Source: Isurus oxyrinchus (Eukaryota). From it: a stretch of 64,000 bases of DNA. Shown here piece by piece: positions 50,437-63,115 of the stretch. The translations under genes were made by a program, and so were the position numbers. How positions within the stretch are numbered: position 1 is the stretch's first letter; each line of letters opens with the position of its first letter. Below the pieces are notes generated by a model. The model ran no database searches and was not told where the DNA came from. It was given only the letters and a program-made list of their open reading frames with translations. Where the stretch lies: NCBI GenBank assembly GCA_026770705.1, contig JANJGN010000036.1, forward strand, positions 3,286,001-3,350,000, written 5' to 3'.

Positions 50437-53400
50437 AACACCCTCACATACACACACGCACACAGACTCACAAAGATATTTTCTTCCTCTCGCACACATA
50501 CACACACATTCTCTCTTTCACACACCCACACAGGTATGTTCTCTCTCATGCATAGGCACACACACACACAGAGACAGGTATATTCTCTCTCACACACACA
50601 AACACACCAACACAGGTATTTTCTCTCTCATGCATAGAAACAGGCACACACACAAGTTTATATTCTCGCTCTGACATAGACGTTTTCTCTCTCTCCCAAG
50701 CACACATGCACTCACAAACTCGCACAGATATATTCTCAAAAACAAGCAGACAGACACTCATTCACATACCCTCACACACACATTCTCTCTCAACACACAC
50801 ATATAAGCTCGCACAGATATATTCTCTCATACACACAGACACATAAACAAACATACCCTCACACATGCACAGTCACACTCACAAATATATTCAGAAATAG
50901 TGATCAGAAAAGGGTCATAGTTACAGTCCTAGAATAGTCCAGCACAGGAAGAGGCTATTCGGCTCATCCAGATGTGCTGGCTCTTTGGAAGAGGAATCCA
51001 GTTAGTCTCACTGCCACACTCCTTCCCCTATAATACTGCATGTTATTCTCATTCAATGATTTATCCGATTCTCCTTTTGAAGGATCCTATTGAATCATTA
51101 GCAACCTCCCCAGCAGACAATGCATTATATATTTGTGTTCTGAGGTATTTTGGTGCCTGTGTACAGAAATCAGATAGAAAGTTAACATACAGGAACAGCT
51201 AACCAGGAGGAAGGCAAATGTAGTGTTGGCCTTTTTGCAAAGGGATTGGAGTACAAGAGTAAGGAAGTCTTACTGCAAGTGTTTTGCTGAGACCACGCCT
51301 GGAATATTGAGGAGGGTTAACAGATAATTGACATATGTGAATTATTTTCTTATACACGTGTGTCTGTCTGCTTGGATATTTCAATGTTGGATTCATACAG
51401 CATAATTTGCAGTCAAGATTGTCTGATCTGATGCTGCAAGTTTTGTTATACTCAATAATCGATGTTCCCTGGTTATTGTCCTCTCTTTGTCTCTCTCTCT
51501 CTCTCTCTCTCTCTGTGCATCTGTAAAAAGGAAAATTCACCAACATCAGTCAGCCATTTTAAGTTTCTTCATCATGGCTATTTTCTCCTCAAATCCAAGT
51601 CTCATCGGAGCAAGATTTACTCTTGTGCACCAAATATTTGACAATGTAAACCAAATGCAATTGATATAAAGTAAGATCACAGATAGCCAGTGATCTCATT
51701 CAGTGCCAGAACAGGATTGAGTGATTAAATGGAATCCTCCTCTTCCCTTGTGCTCTGACCAATATCCTTCTTTCACTCTCTGTCTCTCGGCCCCCCCTCT
51801 CTTTTTTACACTTGCACAGCCTGTGACTTCCCTAAGTCTCTCCCCTTCCCTCTGACACATTAATGACAGATTTGTCTCCTCACTAAGATATCATTAGTAC
51901 TTTAAAAATGACAGAGACAAAGCTATGCAGACATAAACGCTGATTGTATTCCCTGGCATATTGAATGATTAGGTGCAACTTGAGCAAAGTTTACAGGAAA
52001 ATAATGGAAACTGATAGGTAGATAGAGAGAAATGCTTTCTGGTTGTGGAGCTTAAGACGAGGATCATAATCTAAAAATTTAGCAATAGTCTGAAACCCTT
52101 TCAAGAGTGAATTGAAGAAACACTTCTTCACACAATGGGATGTAGAAATTCTGTAAATTCTGTAAATGGCCACACCCTATCTCCTGTCCTACCATCCTCC
52201 AATATCAGTTTTCCATTAATTCCTGCTCTCTGAATTCTCAGACTAGAAAATTAGCTGGAACCTTTCTTTCCTGAAATCTGTGTTTGCTGTTTGTTTCCAC
52301 TCTGCCCGTTCTCTCTTTCTAGGCCTCTAAGTCCTTCTGTCTCTCCCTGCCATAAGAATGTAAGAATCTAGAAATGAGGGCAGGAGGAGCCCATCCGACC
52401 CTTCCCCCTCCCTCCGTCATTCCTTATTGAGCCTTTGGTTTGCTGCCTCTGGGTAGATTCATACAACACACACGGCAAAGTCTTTTATACGATGGGAAGC
52501 AGCCAACACTGTTTCACTCAGTGCACATGCTACATTCATGATGCAATGTTATAATATCATTTCAGACAACTGTCATCACACAGGGGCTAAATTTCACTGG
52601 GTCAACATTCTCACCAAACACTAAAGCTTCCCACAAAGCAGGGCTCACAAATCCAACACGATTTTCCTTGTTTGATTCTGCCTGGACTTTTCTGATTCTC
52701 TGATGGATTCCTGGTGAATATCCTCCACATGAGCATTCGCCCTAATCCCGTGTACCTGTCCTGCTCCCAAACACGGCATCCGACTACAATAAAGCAAGTG
52801 ATAGTGGACCGTCTGATTGACTAAGACAGGTGAGTATCCATCCTGACCCAGGTGTGTACGTGACAAGGATTAATTCCAGAGACAATAGAAACTGGGCTTC
52901 ACTCTGCACATAAACCGTGCTGTATCTTCACTCAGAATTGGATGGGATGGTGCAGATGTGGAGACGTTAATCCTTCAAAATCATATCAAAGTGTGTTTGA
53001 AATGTGCTGAGGGTTTTTGCCTATCCCATCCATTCAGAGAGTGAGTCGCTGATCCCCACCAGCTGATGGGTGAAAATATTACTCCTCTGTTCCAATTAAA
53101 CCATTCAATCAATGCTCCCTAGTTATTGACCTCTCCGCTCAGGAAGGAAGGATCCTCCCTATCCACACTCTGTAGGCCCCTCATCATTTTATATCATCAA
53201 TTCTTTGGTAATCGGGTTTCAGCAGGACTGGAGTTGGGAGAGAATCCTGACCTGAGCATCACAACCTGTCCTAACCTTATACACCTTCGAGCAAACCGCC
53301 CCTCAATGGGATCAAACCCAGTTTCTCCAAACTCAGCATGGAGCTAAAATCCCTCATTTCTGCTGATTTTTCCACTCTCAAATATTCTAAGGATCTCGAT

Positions 53401-54929
53401 ACTTCCCCTCTCAGTCTTTGTTTTCCACACAGTATTCCTCACTCCTGCTCCTTTTCCAAAATGTCTGCATCGCTCCACTGCCCTTTGCAAACACAGACAC
53501 AGGGGAATTGGATGTTAGAGCTTTAAACTTTTATGAGCGAAATTTTGAAACATTTCTAAACACAAAAGATGGTAGAAATTTGGAAGTGACTTCCCCAAAT
53601 GCTGCTTCTTGATCAGTCCCAAGTTGTTAAGGGAACAATGGACAAAGTTGTCCAAGTGTTAAGGGGAACTGATGGGATATTATTTCGGAAGTGTCTTCCC
53701 CAGGCAGCAATTGATGCTGAGTCACTGGCTGATTTTTAAATCTAAGGTTGACCTTATCTTCGCATACCTGTCACCAAATCAATACTAAAATAAAAATATT
53801 TCACAGCTGGACTCACACAACACAGACAGCAATGAATGTTACATTTTGGAAATGCTGTTAATGTTGTTAAACATCACTGCCTTTTCTGTAAGAACCATTT
53901 TGAAATGTCTATAACGTTTCTTTTATTGTATTGAAGCACCTCAGAGTGCTCCATGATTTAAGTAGAAAAACTGAATATCATTGCACTTTCTGAAATGTTT
54001 TGTAATCTTGCAAATATTTTATGAATAAAGAATAATTTTGCAAAAAAAAGTTTCTATGTGAGTGTTTCTGAGATTCAATGTATCTATTCATGATTTAAGA
54101 TGGTATGATAGAATGCTTGCTGAAATACCATAAAGCTACAAACAGCGGACAGTGGATGTTGAAAGAGAGTTGAGGGTCCATACATTTTAGCGCCGGGCAG
54201 CTTTACTCAAATGATACCAGGAAGGGGTAAATTACAAAGTGGGATTACACAAGGTCGGAATATATTCCCTGGAATTTGGAAAGATCAGAGGTGATTTCAT
54301 CCTGCACTTCAACACGCTTGGGTCGGAGAAGTTTAGTACTGTATTCTACAAGTGTTGATTGATGCTCAGACAATTGTTAATTTTTAAATATAATATTGAA
54401 CTAAATTTATTCTGTCACTCTCTGTCCCCTGGTGTGTGTGTGTGTGTGTGTGTGTGTGTTTCACTCCCCATTCTCTGAATCTCTGTAAATCTCCTCATAC
54501 ATCGATCAGACATTTTGTGTTTGTTTATGGTGGCCATTTTCTCCCTAAAGCTCTGTATATTCACAGAAAATCAGAAAGTTTCGATCCCAGGGTTAGAACA
54601 GTAAAGGTGTGCATGTAGGTGATTATGAGAGTGTCTAGCAGAGGGTAGATTGGTAAAGGTGTGTGTGTGATTCTGATATTATCCAGCAGGGGTATGGAAC
54701 AGTGAAGGTGAGTGGGGTAAACCAGCGCTCTACTGTAGGTTGATATAAACTGTGTTTTAAACATTTTTTGCCTGGGGAAATTTGCACCAGTGCCCCCATT
54801 GTTGTGTCCGGTCCTTATTAACCTGATTAATATTGAAAATGATGTGTCAACCTGTACCACCCTCTCCCTGCAGGCGGCAATCCAGTGACTTAGTTGTTGG
54901 GGAAGCAATGTGGGCACATTTTCCCACAA

Positions 54930-55260
54930 TCCCCCGCGGGGCGGGAACGTCATCTATCAGTTACACGGGCCGCGCTGCACTCTGGGAGGGAGAGACCAGC
55001 GCACAAGCGCAGCTCCGCTCCCCACTGCACGTACTGGTTTTTATTTATTATTAATAATCATTATTTATTGTTAACAATAATAATCACATACCGGCCGGGT
55101 CATAATCCCAGTTCCCGGCTCATCGTGAAGAGTCGCTTTTTCCTTTTCGCTTTACTATTTAAAGGGGAGGAGCCGTCGGTGACCTCAGGCCAACATGGCG
55201 GAGAAAGCACCGCCCCCTCAGCAGTTGGAAAGAGCAGCAGCGGGCCGGGGTGTGGTTTAG
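54930..55260 (+). promoter_or_regulatory. CpG-rich promoter-like segment
   Basis: Local CpG enrichment, GC box GGGGCGGG 54938-54945, TATTTAAA 55156-55163, YY1/Kozak-like CAACATGGCGG 55191-55201. Confidence 0.45.
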
Positions 55261-55765
55261 AGATGTCCAAGGGATGAGCAGCCGGTGGAACAGTAGGTCT
55301 TGAGGAGAGTGAGACCGGCCCCTAGCGGACAGGAGTGGAAACAGCAGCAGAAACTCTCTCTTCGCAAAGGCTCCAGTTCAGTTGTTAGAGGCTCTGGGAA
55401 CCTCTTCAAATATAAATTTCAGCTTCTAAATCCATCACCAACAAGAACCATTCCCTCTGCAGAGCAGCTTTACTCTCCATTCCCAGCCTGTATTCCACCT
55501 TGTTCGCAACAACTGTGCTTCCAGATACTTTACACCCTGAGATATTTACAGCAAAAACTAGTCCTGAATCACATTTAATAATTGTTTTGGGGTCAGAATT
55601 CAGTCATATCATCAATTACATTCCCAACTTGGGCTATGGGGATATATTTGTATTGTCTCATTTCACAAGAAAAAACAACGAGATTTTCAACTCTGCTTAT
55701 GTTATTCTTTTAATAACTTACCTGGGTTGACTCGACTGATATTGACATTAACCCTCCCTGCTCTC

Positions 55766-55807
<42 letters not shown>

Positions 55808-57769
55808 GGTGTGCGGGTGTGTATGTGTGAATGTGCCTATAGGTGTGAGGGTATGCGTTTGTATGAGTGTATGCCTGAATGTGTTTATGACTGTGTGTAC
55901 CAGTGAGTGTCTGTGTATCTGATTGTGGATGAGTGTGTCTGTGTATGCGACTGTAAGTGTGCAAGTGAGTGTGTGTCTGTGTAAGAAAGTATGTGTTTCT
56001 TTATACATGTGGGTGACTGTGTTTTGTGTGTGTGTGTCTTTGTATGCAAGTGCATGTGTGCTTGTCTGTGTGTCTGCAAGACTGAGTGTGTGTGTATGAA
56101 CATGGCTGAGTGTGTGTGAGGTTGTCTGTGTATGCGAGTGTGTACTTATGATTGTGGGTGAGAGTGTATATGTGCTCGGCTACGCGAGTGTGTGCGTGAT
56201 TGAGTGTGTCTGTGTGAGATTGATATTATAAAGCAGCAGCACATGCCACCTTTGGAACAGAATCACTTTACCCACCCTGTGCCCAGTTTCTGTTTACAGT
56301 ATACAGAAATAACTAAGATATCATTCGGCCTCTGTGTGGTTATTGTGGTTTGGAGAAGGGTCACCAGTTTCACCAGAGTCAACACTGCTTTATGAAAGTT
56401 AAAGTTTCTTCGTTGGAGCTTTTTTGATGTTTGTGGCTGGCAGGGAAAATAAGGGGCAAGAGTGGAGTTATTGCATTTGGATTGCAAATCAGCTGGCCTC
56501 TCTCTGTGTCACCGAAACCTACAGGGGTTCAGATCAAGAGATGAAAAATGGGAAAAGATTGCAGAGCTCTTCACTTCAGGGGCAGCACGGACACAATGTG
56601 AATAAAGGCTGCAAGGAAGTGAACATAAATTCTCTCACACATTTTCTTTGTGTTTTCAATTAGTTTTTTTTTTCCTAGGGCAAAGAATCTGTGTGATAAA
56701 TTGAGAAAACTATCTTGGAAACATAATTAACAAAAACCTTTAGCAAAATCCAACGTGTCGTCTGGTTAAAGATTGACAATGTATTGTAGAGGAGTTACAG
56801 AGTACAGCAAAGTTTATCTCTCCCATTCTGAATGAGATTACAGTCTGATAACTGAACCAAACGTGCACATTGCAGTCTGAAATAATTCCCAACTACCATC
56901 GCTAGACAATATTTCCAATGGGGAATAAGCAGAGAGCTCATGCAAAGGTCAGGTAGTAAAAAAGGCGAATACACCACCCGAGAGAACTGTGCACCCGGAT
57001 TGAAACTTCAATCCCTTACACTATTGGTCAATATTCACTCTTCATCAGTCTGTTTCCAGATGCAGCCACGCAGCAGCTGAACTTCTCTGAGACTGCCAAA
57101 GCGCAGCACCTGTAGTGGGGGTGAGCAGCCAGCAGAGGGTGGGCTTGTATCACTTTAATCACAAGACAGTGAAACTGGTTTGAGAAGAGGCCTTTTAAAA
57201 TTCATTCCTTCATCAAACGATAACAAGAGACAAAACACTGACAAACGATGCGAGTCCAGGCTGCATCACTGCCTGTGCAGAGGAAGACAGAAATCCCAAT
57301 CAAAACACCTGGTACCCTGTAGAATGCACAATGAACACCGTGCATAAGGAGATGAAACTGTTCAGAAATCTCTCATGTGTCACAATCCGAGGCCTCGTTT
57401 CAGTTTGACATCCTGATTGCCATAAATGTGTGAGCAAACGTTCCAGGGTAAAACAATTAATAAATCTATCTGTGAACCGCTAGCTCCAGCGCTCTGAACC
57501 ACGTCCCAACTCTTCCTATTTTGGGTTCTAATTGGGGCATCTTGGTGAAAGTGACACCGAGCTCACTGCGCGCAGTGGGAGCATTGACCAAATAAAAATA
57601 ACTGAACAGAATCTCAACACAATGACATCCCTGCAGCTGGGAAACAATTGTAGAATTATCCAAACAAACTAGCTGACAAGAGTCTAAAGATTTATTCTCC
57701 ATTTATATTGCATGTCTGTTATATTGTATAGTGTCACATGGAAAAGGTCGGTTTTCTTCTTTACGGAGC

Positions 57770-60308
57770 TCAATTGTTTTTATTCTTAACAAATTTAACA
57801 ATCACCAGAATCGGATATATCAACACGCTCTTGAACTGTTCTCTGAACCTGCTCTGGATCACTCCATAAATAAAGGTGTTTGTGCAGGAACTGAAATTCA
57901 GCAGCATAAACCTGATATGCTCAAAAAAGTAATCTAAGAGAGTTGTTCCTTCTATGTTATAATATAAGAATTCTGCAACAAATGGCAGCCACATGAGAAA
58001 GAAGCTGCCTAAAATTGTGAAGAGTAAAATAACGGACTTCCTTCTGCTCTTCATTTCTGGGTCACTGCGGCTCTCTCCATTGTTCTGACCCCTCAGAGCC
58101 TTACAGACTCTGCTGGCTACTAATATGTGTCTGACTGTAAGAATATTAAGCAGTAATATTAGAACACATGGGAGAAATGGTGCTAACATTATATCAAACC
58201 AGTCCAAAGCCATCCAACCAAGCTCAATAAAAAGTTTGGCTTAACAGAACAAAACCAGGGCGTATTGTCAATTATCTCCACAGGTTCATATATAAAATAC
58301 CAAGCAGCGCTTTTTAAACTCATCAGAATGCACGTCATTGCTATAATTATAGACACAGTTTCCTTTGTGCAATATTTTGTTCTCTGCTTTTGGCAACAGA
58401 TGGCGATGAAACGATCAAACGAGAAACTAATGGTTAACCAAACTGAGCTCGATGCATGAGTCAGAACAGCGATAGCACTGCACACATGGGTAAGGGAGAG
58501 TAAAGACCCAGGTATAGTTAATAACCCACCGAAATAATATGATTTCATTCATACTAACCAGTAGATCCGTCACCACCTTTGCCAGCATGTAGCTAGTGAT
58601 ACATTTGGAAAGACCACACTTTCCCCGGGTCAGTGTCACCATTGCAATGAAGTTAACTGTAAAAGAGAATGAGAGAGAAGTTGGGGGGAGGAGAGAGAAA
58701 TGATACAGGAAGTTAATGATACATCTCAACAGCGAATTCTAAAAACCTGATTCTAAAAATATTGCGTTTGACTTTGGGGAGATTTCAGTCTTTCCATCCA
58801 AGTTTATAAAAGCGCACTGAGGTAGATCATTCAGAAAGATTAGAAACAAAACTCTGAGTCTCTCAGATTCCTGTTTCATTCTCAATTACTGGCTGGTCTC
58901 TTCAACCTAAGACCATGCCTCAAACTAATTCTTCAAACTAATGAATGTGGAGATTGTTCAGATAATTTCAGAATGTAGTGAAATGCATTTAAATGTATTA
59001 TGTTGCATTTTAGTAAGAAACCGTTGAAGTAATATTATTAGTATCATGGAGAACAAAAGTGGTTCTTGATCACTTTAGAAAAAAATCACTAAATTTGGAG
59101 GTCCATGTTCATAAATACATTACACGTATAAAGAGTAGCATCTGGAATGATATATCTGGAAAGATACAATTGAAAAGAGGGAAATATATGTTAAAGCTGC
59201 TGACGAATCTTGTTTAGACGACATGCGGAGTGTTGCTTGCATAAGGGCGCTTTGGAGAAACAGCAAAAATGATTTATAAGGAAATGAATGATTATTTCTA
59301 TCGTGAAGGAATTAACCGACTGTTTTCCTTTCTCGAATATAAGCGGCTAGAGATGACCTAACCAAAGAATTCAGTTGGAGAAACTATGATTGTTTCAGTG
59401 AAGAAAGTCTATTGTGGAAAGCTTTCTTGGAGATTGACAAAATTGTGTTAGGAATAGACACGTGAGGCAATGGGAATTCAGCCCCTATTGACAGAGGTAC
59501 AAAGACTACTTCATGCTGTGAGTGGTAATGACCTGGAACTCACATTCCAAGGATGGTGGCAGCGGAGAGAATGAATTATTACAAAAAGACATTCACTGAG
59601 GCAAATAATCTGACAGGCAAACACCGGAGTCAGGGTTTTACATGCGTTACTCTAATATAACGGGTATGCTCTCCATGGTCGAATGACCTTCTTCCGTGTT
59701 TTAATAATTCTATGGGTCTATGATTCTGGGAGACACCTGGACCTGTGTCAGATACGCATATAATAAAATAAGATTTCATCCGGGGTATAAACCCTAAACA
59801 CACTGAATACCCAATTAAACTGAATACCATGATTTGGGAGAGATTCCTGATCTCGGCTTCGTAACACTGAGACCGTGTGATTTTCAATTAACTATCGCTG
59901 GAAGCATATTTGTGAAGAAATTTTTCAGAAATGCTGCGTTGCTCAATATGAAACCGCATTAGCCCCTGATAATTGTCAGATAATTGTTCCTCTGCCAGGA
60001 TTTTGTTCCCAGTGCATTTAATATCGAGGCTAATCCAGTTGCATCATCAGAGTTGGAAATACACAGATAATTTCAAATCTTATGGGGAGATTAAAAGAGC
60101 GAAGAAGAGCGTTAATTCCTTTCATCTTGCACCAACTGAACAGAGCAAAGAGCTGAGAGGGGAAAAATGAGGCGACAGAAATATTGCCACTTGCATCAGC
60201 ACAATTATACATCATTAACAGATTAAATAAAAACTCACCAGGAACTCCAACTGCTGCGAGACAAGGATAGTAAATGTGCTCTATCGGAAGAATGGATGCA
60301 TATCCCAT
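57770..60308 (-). pseudogene. GPR139/GPR142-like class A GPCR, two coding exons, frameshifted
   Basis: Exon 1 60308-60239 (MGYASILPIEHIYYPCLAAVGVP-G|gtgag). Exon 2 from 58656 (VNFIAMVTLTRGKCGLSKCIT...SVWLTISFSFDRFIAICCQK...KSRRKSVILLF...SSCTNTFIYG...FREQ) to the stop at 57770. The frame is broken at about 58513 and about 58231, so three ORF-track entries tile one 7TM protein. Confidence 0.88.
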
Positions 60309-60899
60309 GGTTGAGAAACACTGAAGCCGGTTGTGCTGAATCCACAGCTCCAATGGGCGCGCCGAGATTCAGCATTTGAAGAAGCCTTGATTTAAAGACA
60401 TCTTAAACCTGCTCTGGTCCGGCTAATCCCCAGATCATTGCTATTAGATACACTCACATAAACAAACAATTTGCATCAGAAGCTTTGATTGCAATGCGAA
60501 TAACAATGTCGTGCAAAACACAAACATCTCCAGCTGCAGGTTGTTATTTTTAGAAACCATTTAGTTGGAATCGCGCTAAAAAACTAAGCCTGCAGAGTCG
60601 ATCCAACAATAATTAATCAATCGCATTGGGCTTTCATTCTGTGAAGCCCCTTCTCTCCTGCGGGCACATTGTTAAATGTTAATGATCACTTCGTAAATTG
60701 TACATTGTGCCCAGGGATCTGTTCCACTGCTTCCATGTCAAGATGCAACGTCTCAGATCCTGACCCGAAGTCCATTGAAGGCCTGGTCCATGAGCGTAGT
60801 CTAGAAATTACTGCCATTGATGCCAGGAGGAGAACAATGAACACACTCTGTTGACATTCCTCTCTCCGTCACATCCCTGCTGCTTCCACATTAGCTCAA

Positions 60900-61700
60900 A
60901 TTTCCAGGACGATTGGGACTATGATACCACATGACTGCATTCCTCGGGTTCAATCATTGTCGAACGCTTTTCACCCTTCCTCCTGCTCTCTTTGTGGCAT
61001 CAGCAAATTTACCAACCATACCTTCAGCCCCTCCATTAAAGTCATTTATATAAACTGGAAAATGTTGAGTCCCGGGTACTGATCCCTGTAGCGAACAGCT
61101 CGCTAGAACCTTCCAACCAGCAAATAAATACCCATTTATGGTTACCCTCTGTTTCTGGTTAGCCTGATAATCCGCTAGCCATGTCCATATGTCACTCCAT
61201 CCGCCATGAGCTTTTAACTATCGCAATAACCTGTGATGTGGCATCTTATCAAATGCCTTCTGCCAATCCTAGTTCAGTATATTTACCAGTTCCCTTTGAT
61301 CCACAGCACATGCAACTCCTTCAAAGAACTCCATTAAATTGATTAGACATCATTTCCCTCTCACAAACCCATGTTGACTGTGTGGAATTGCAATGAAGTT
61401 TCCTCAGCGTCCTGCCATCACATATTCAATAATATATACCCACATTTTCCCACTGACAAATGTTAAGCTATGTGGCCTGTAGTTTACTACTTTCTGTCTC
61501 CTTCCCTTTTTGAATAAATTCCTTGCATTTGCTGTTTTCCAATCTCATGACACCTTCCCTGATTCCAGGGAATTTTGACAAATTAAAACCAAAGCAACAA
61601 CTATCCCGCTAGCCACTACTTTAAAAACCCGAGTTTGAAGTCCATCAGGACCCGGGGATTTGTCAGATCACAGGGCCAACAATTTGATAGTGATTGCTAT
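60900..61700 (-). mobile_element. CR1-type LINE RT fragment (antisense)
   Basis: Reverse complement shows degenerate QHGF.RGK.CL.NL and LDxQKAFDK.PH segments. Confidence 0.75.
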
Positions 61701-61759
61701 ATACTTGAGTTCATCTCTCCCTCCCAAATCCTGATTTACAGTTATTTCTGGCATTTACT

Positions 61760-62360
61760 TATCGGGAGAAGTGATGCAAAATGTGGACGTGGACTCCTTC
61801 AGTGTTTGCGGAGTTGCGAATGGTGCTGAACATTTTGTAATCACCAGTGAACATCCCCACTTTTGATCTTAGGCTGGACGCAGGGTCAACAAAGAAGCAG
61901 CTGAAGATGTTTTGGCCTAGGACATTACGCTGAGTAACTCATAAAATGATGTCTTGAAATTGAGATGATTAAACTACAACAACCACAAGCATCTTCCTTT
62001 ATTTTAAGCATGACTCCACACAGCGGAGAGTTTTCCGCCTGATTCCCATTAATTCCAGTTTTGCCGGGGCTCAGTAATGCCACAGAACGTCAAATGCTAC
62101 TTTAATTTCAAAAGCAGTCGCTTTCACCTCACCACTGGAGTTCATTTCTTCTGCCAATGTTTGAACCTAGGCTTTAGTAAGGTCAAAAGTTGAGTGACCA
62201 TGGCGGAACACAAATTGAAAGTCAGTGAGCAGGGTATTGATAAGCAGTGCCGCTTCATAGCACTGCTGATGACCCCATTGCATCGCTTTAACGATGATGG
62301 AGAGTACAAAGATAGGGCAGTAAATGGCCGTTTGCATTTGAACTGTTATTTCGTATACAT
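61760..62360 (-). mobile_element. Degenerate RT fragment of a second non-LTR retrotransposon family
   Basis: Antisense SVLGQ.IFSCF and DIKVAFDV.W-like segments. Clade not determined. Confidence 0.55.
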
Positions 62361-62854
62361 GACGTACATGAGCAATGTTCCACATTGGCAGAGAATGATA
62401 CAGCCCAAAATGAGGCCATTCAGCCCATTGTGTCTGTGCTGCCTCTTTGGAAAAGTGCCACTGTCACACGCCTCTGAGAATAGAAAACCCTCCTCACTCT
62501 CCTCTGAAATGAGACACCTCTCATTATGAAGCTCTGCCAGCAAATTCTAGATTGGCCCCGCGAGGAGCAGATCTGGTCGATCCCTCTCAGAATGGTATAT
62601 GCTTCCGTTAGATCTGGTCCATCCCTCTTAGAATGCCAAATGCTTCAGTAAGATCACCTCTCATTCTTCTAAATCCGATATTTGTGGCTCCATCCGGCTC
62701 AAAGTGTTCTGCAAAACACCCCTTCATCTCACTGAGCCTTCACAGAACTGCCTCCCATGTGAGTCATACACATGCACCTACAAACACACACATACACACA
62801 CATTCACATACAGAGTAGTATGCACACAGATAAATACAAATACATCAAAAAGGA

Positions 62855-63115
62855 CAAAGGCAGCAGATGCATGGGAACACCACCACCTGCACTTCCCTTC
62901 CAAGTCACACACCGTTCTGAGCTGCAGTGAAATCGCCGTTACTTCCCAGTCGTTGGATCAAAATCCTGAAACTCTCTTCCAAACAGCACTGTGGGCGCAC
63001 CTACATTACATGGACTGCAGTGGGTCAAGGAGATGGCACATCACCAGCTTCTCAAGAGGAATTAGGGATAGGCAACAAACACTGACCTGGCAAGGAACGT
63101 TCACACCCCATCAAT
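62855..63115 (+). mobile_element. 3' end of a common shark non-LTR retrotransposon family
   Basis: GCAGATGCATGGGAACACCACCACCTGC...AATCCTGAAACTCTCT...; an overlapping fragment occurs at about 45045-45135. Confidence 0.65.
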
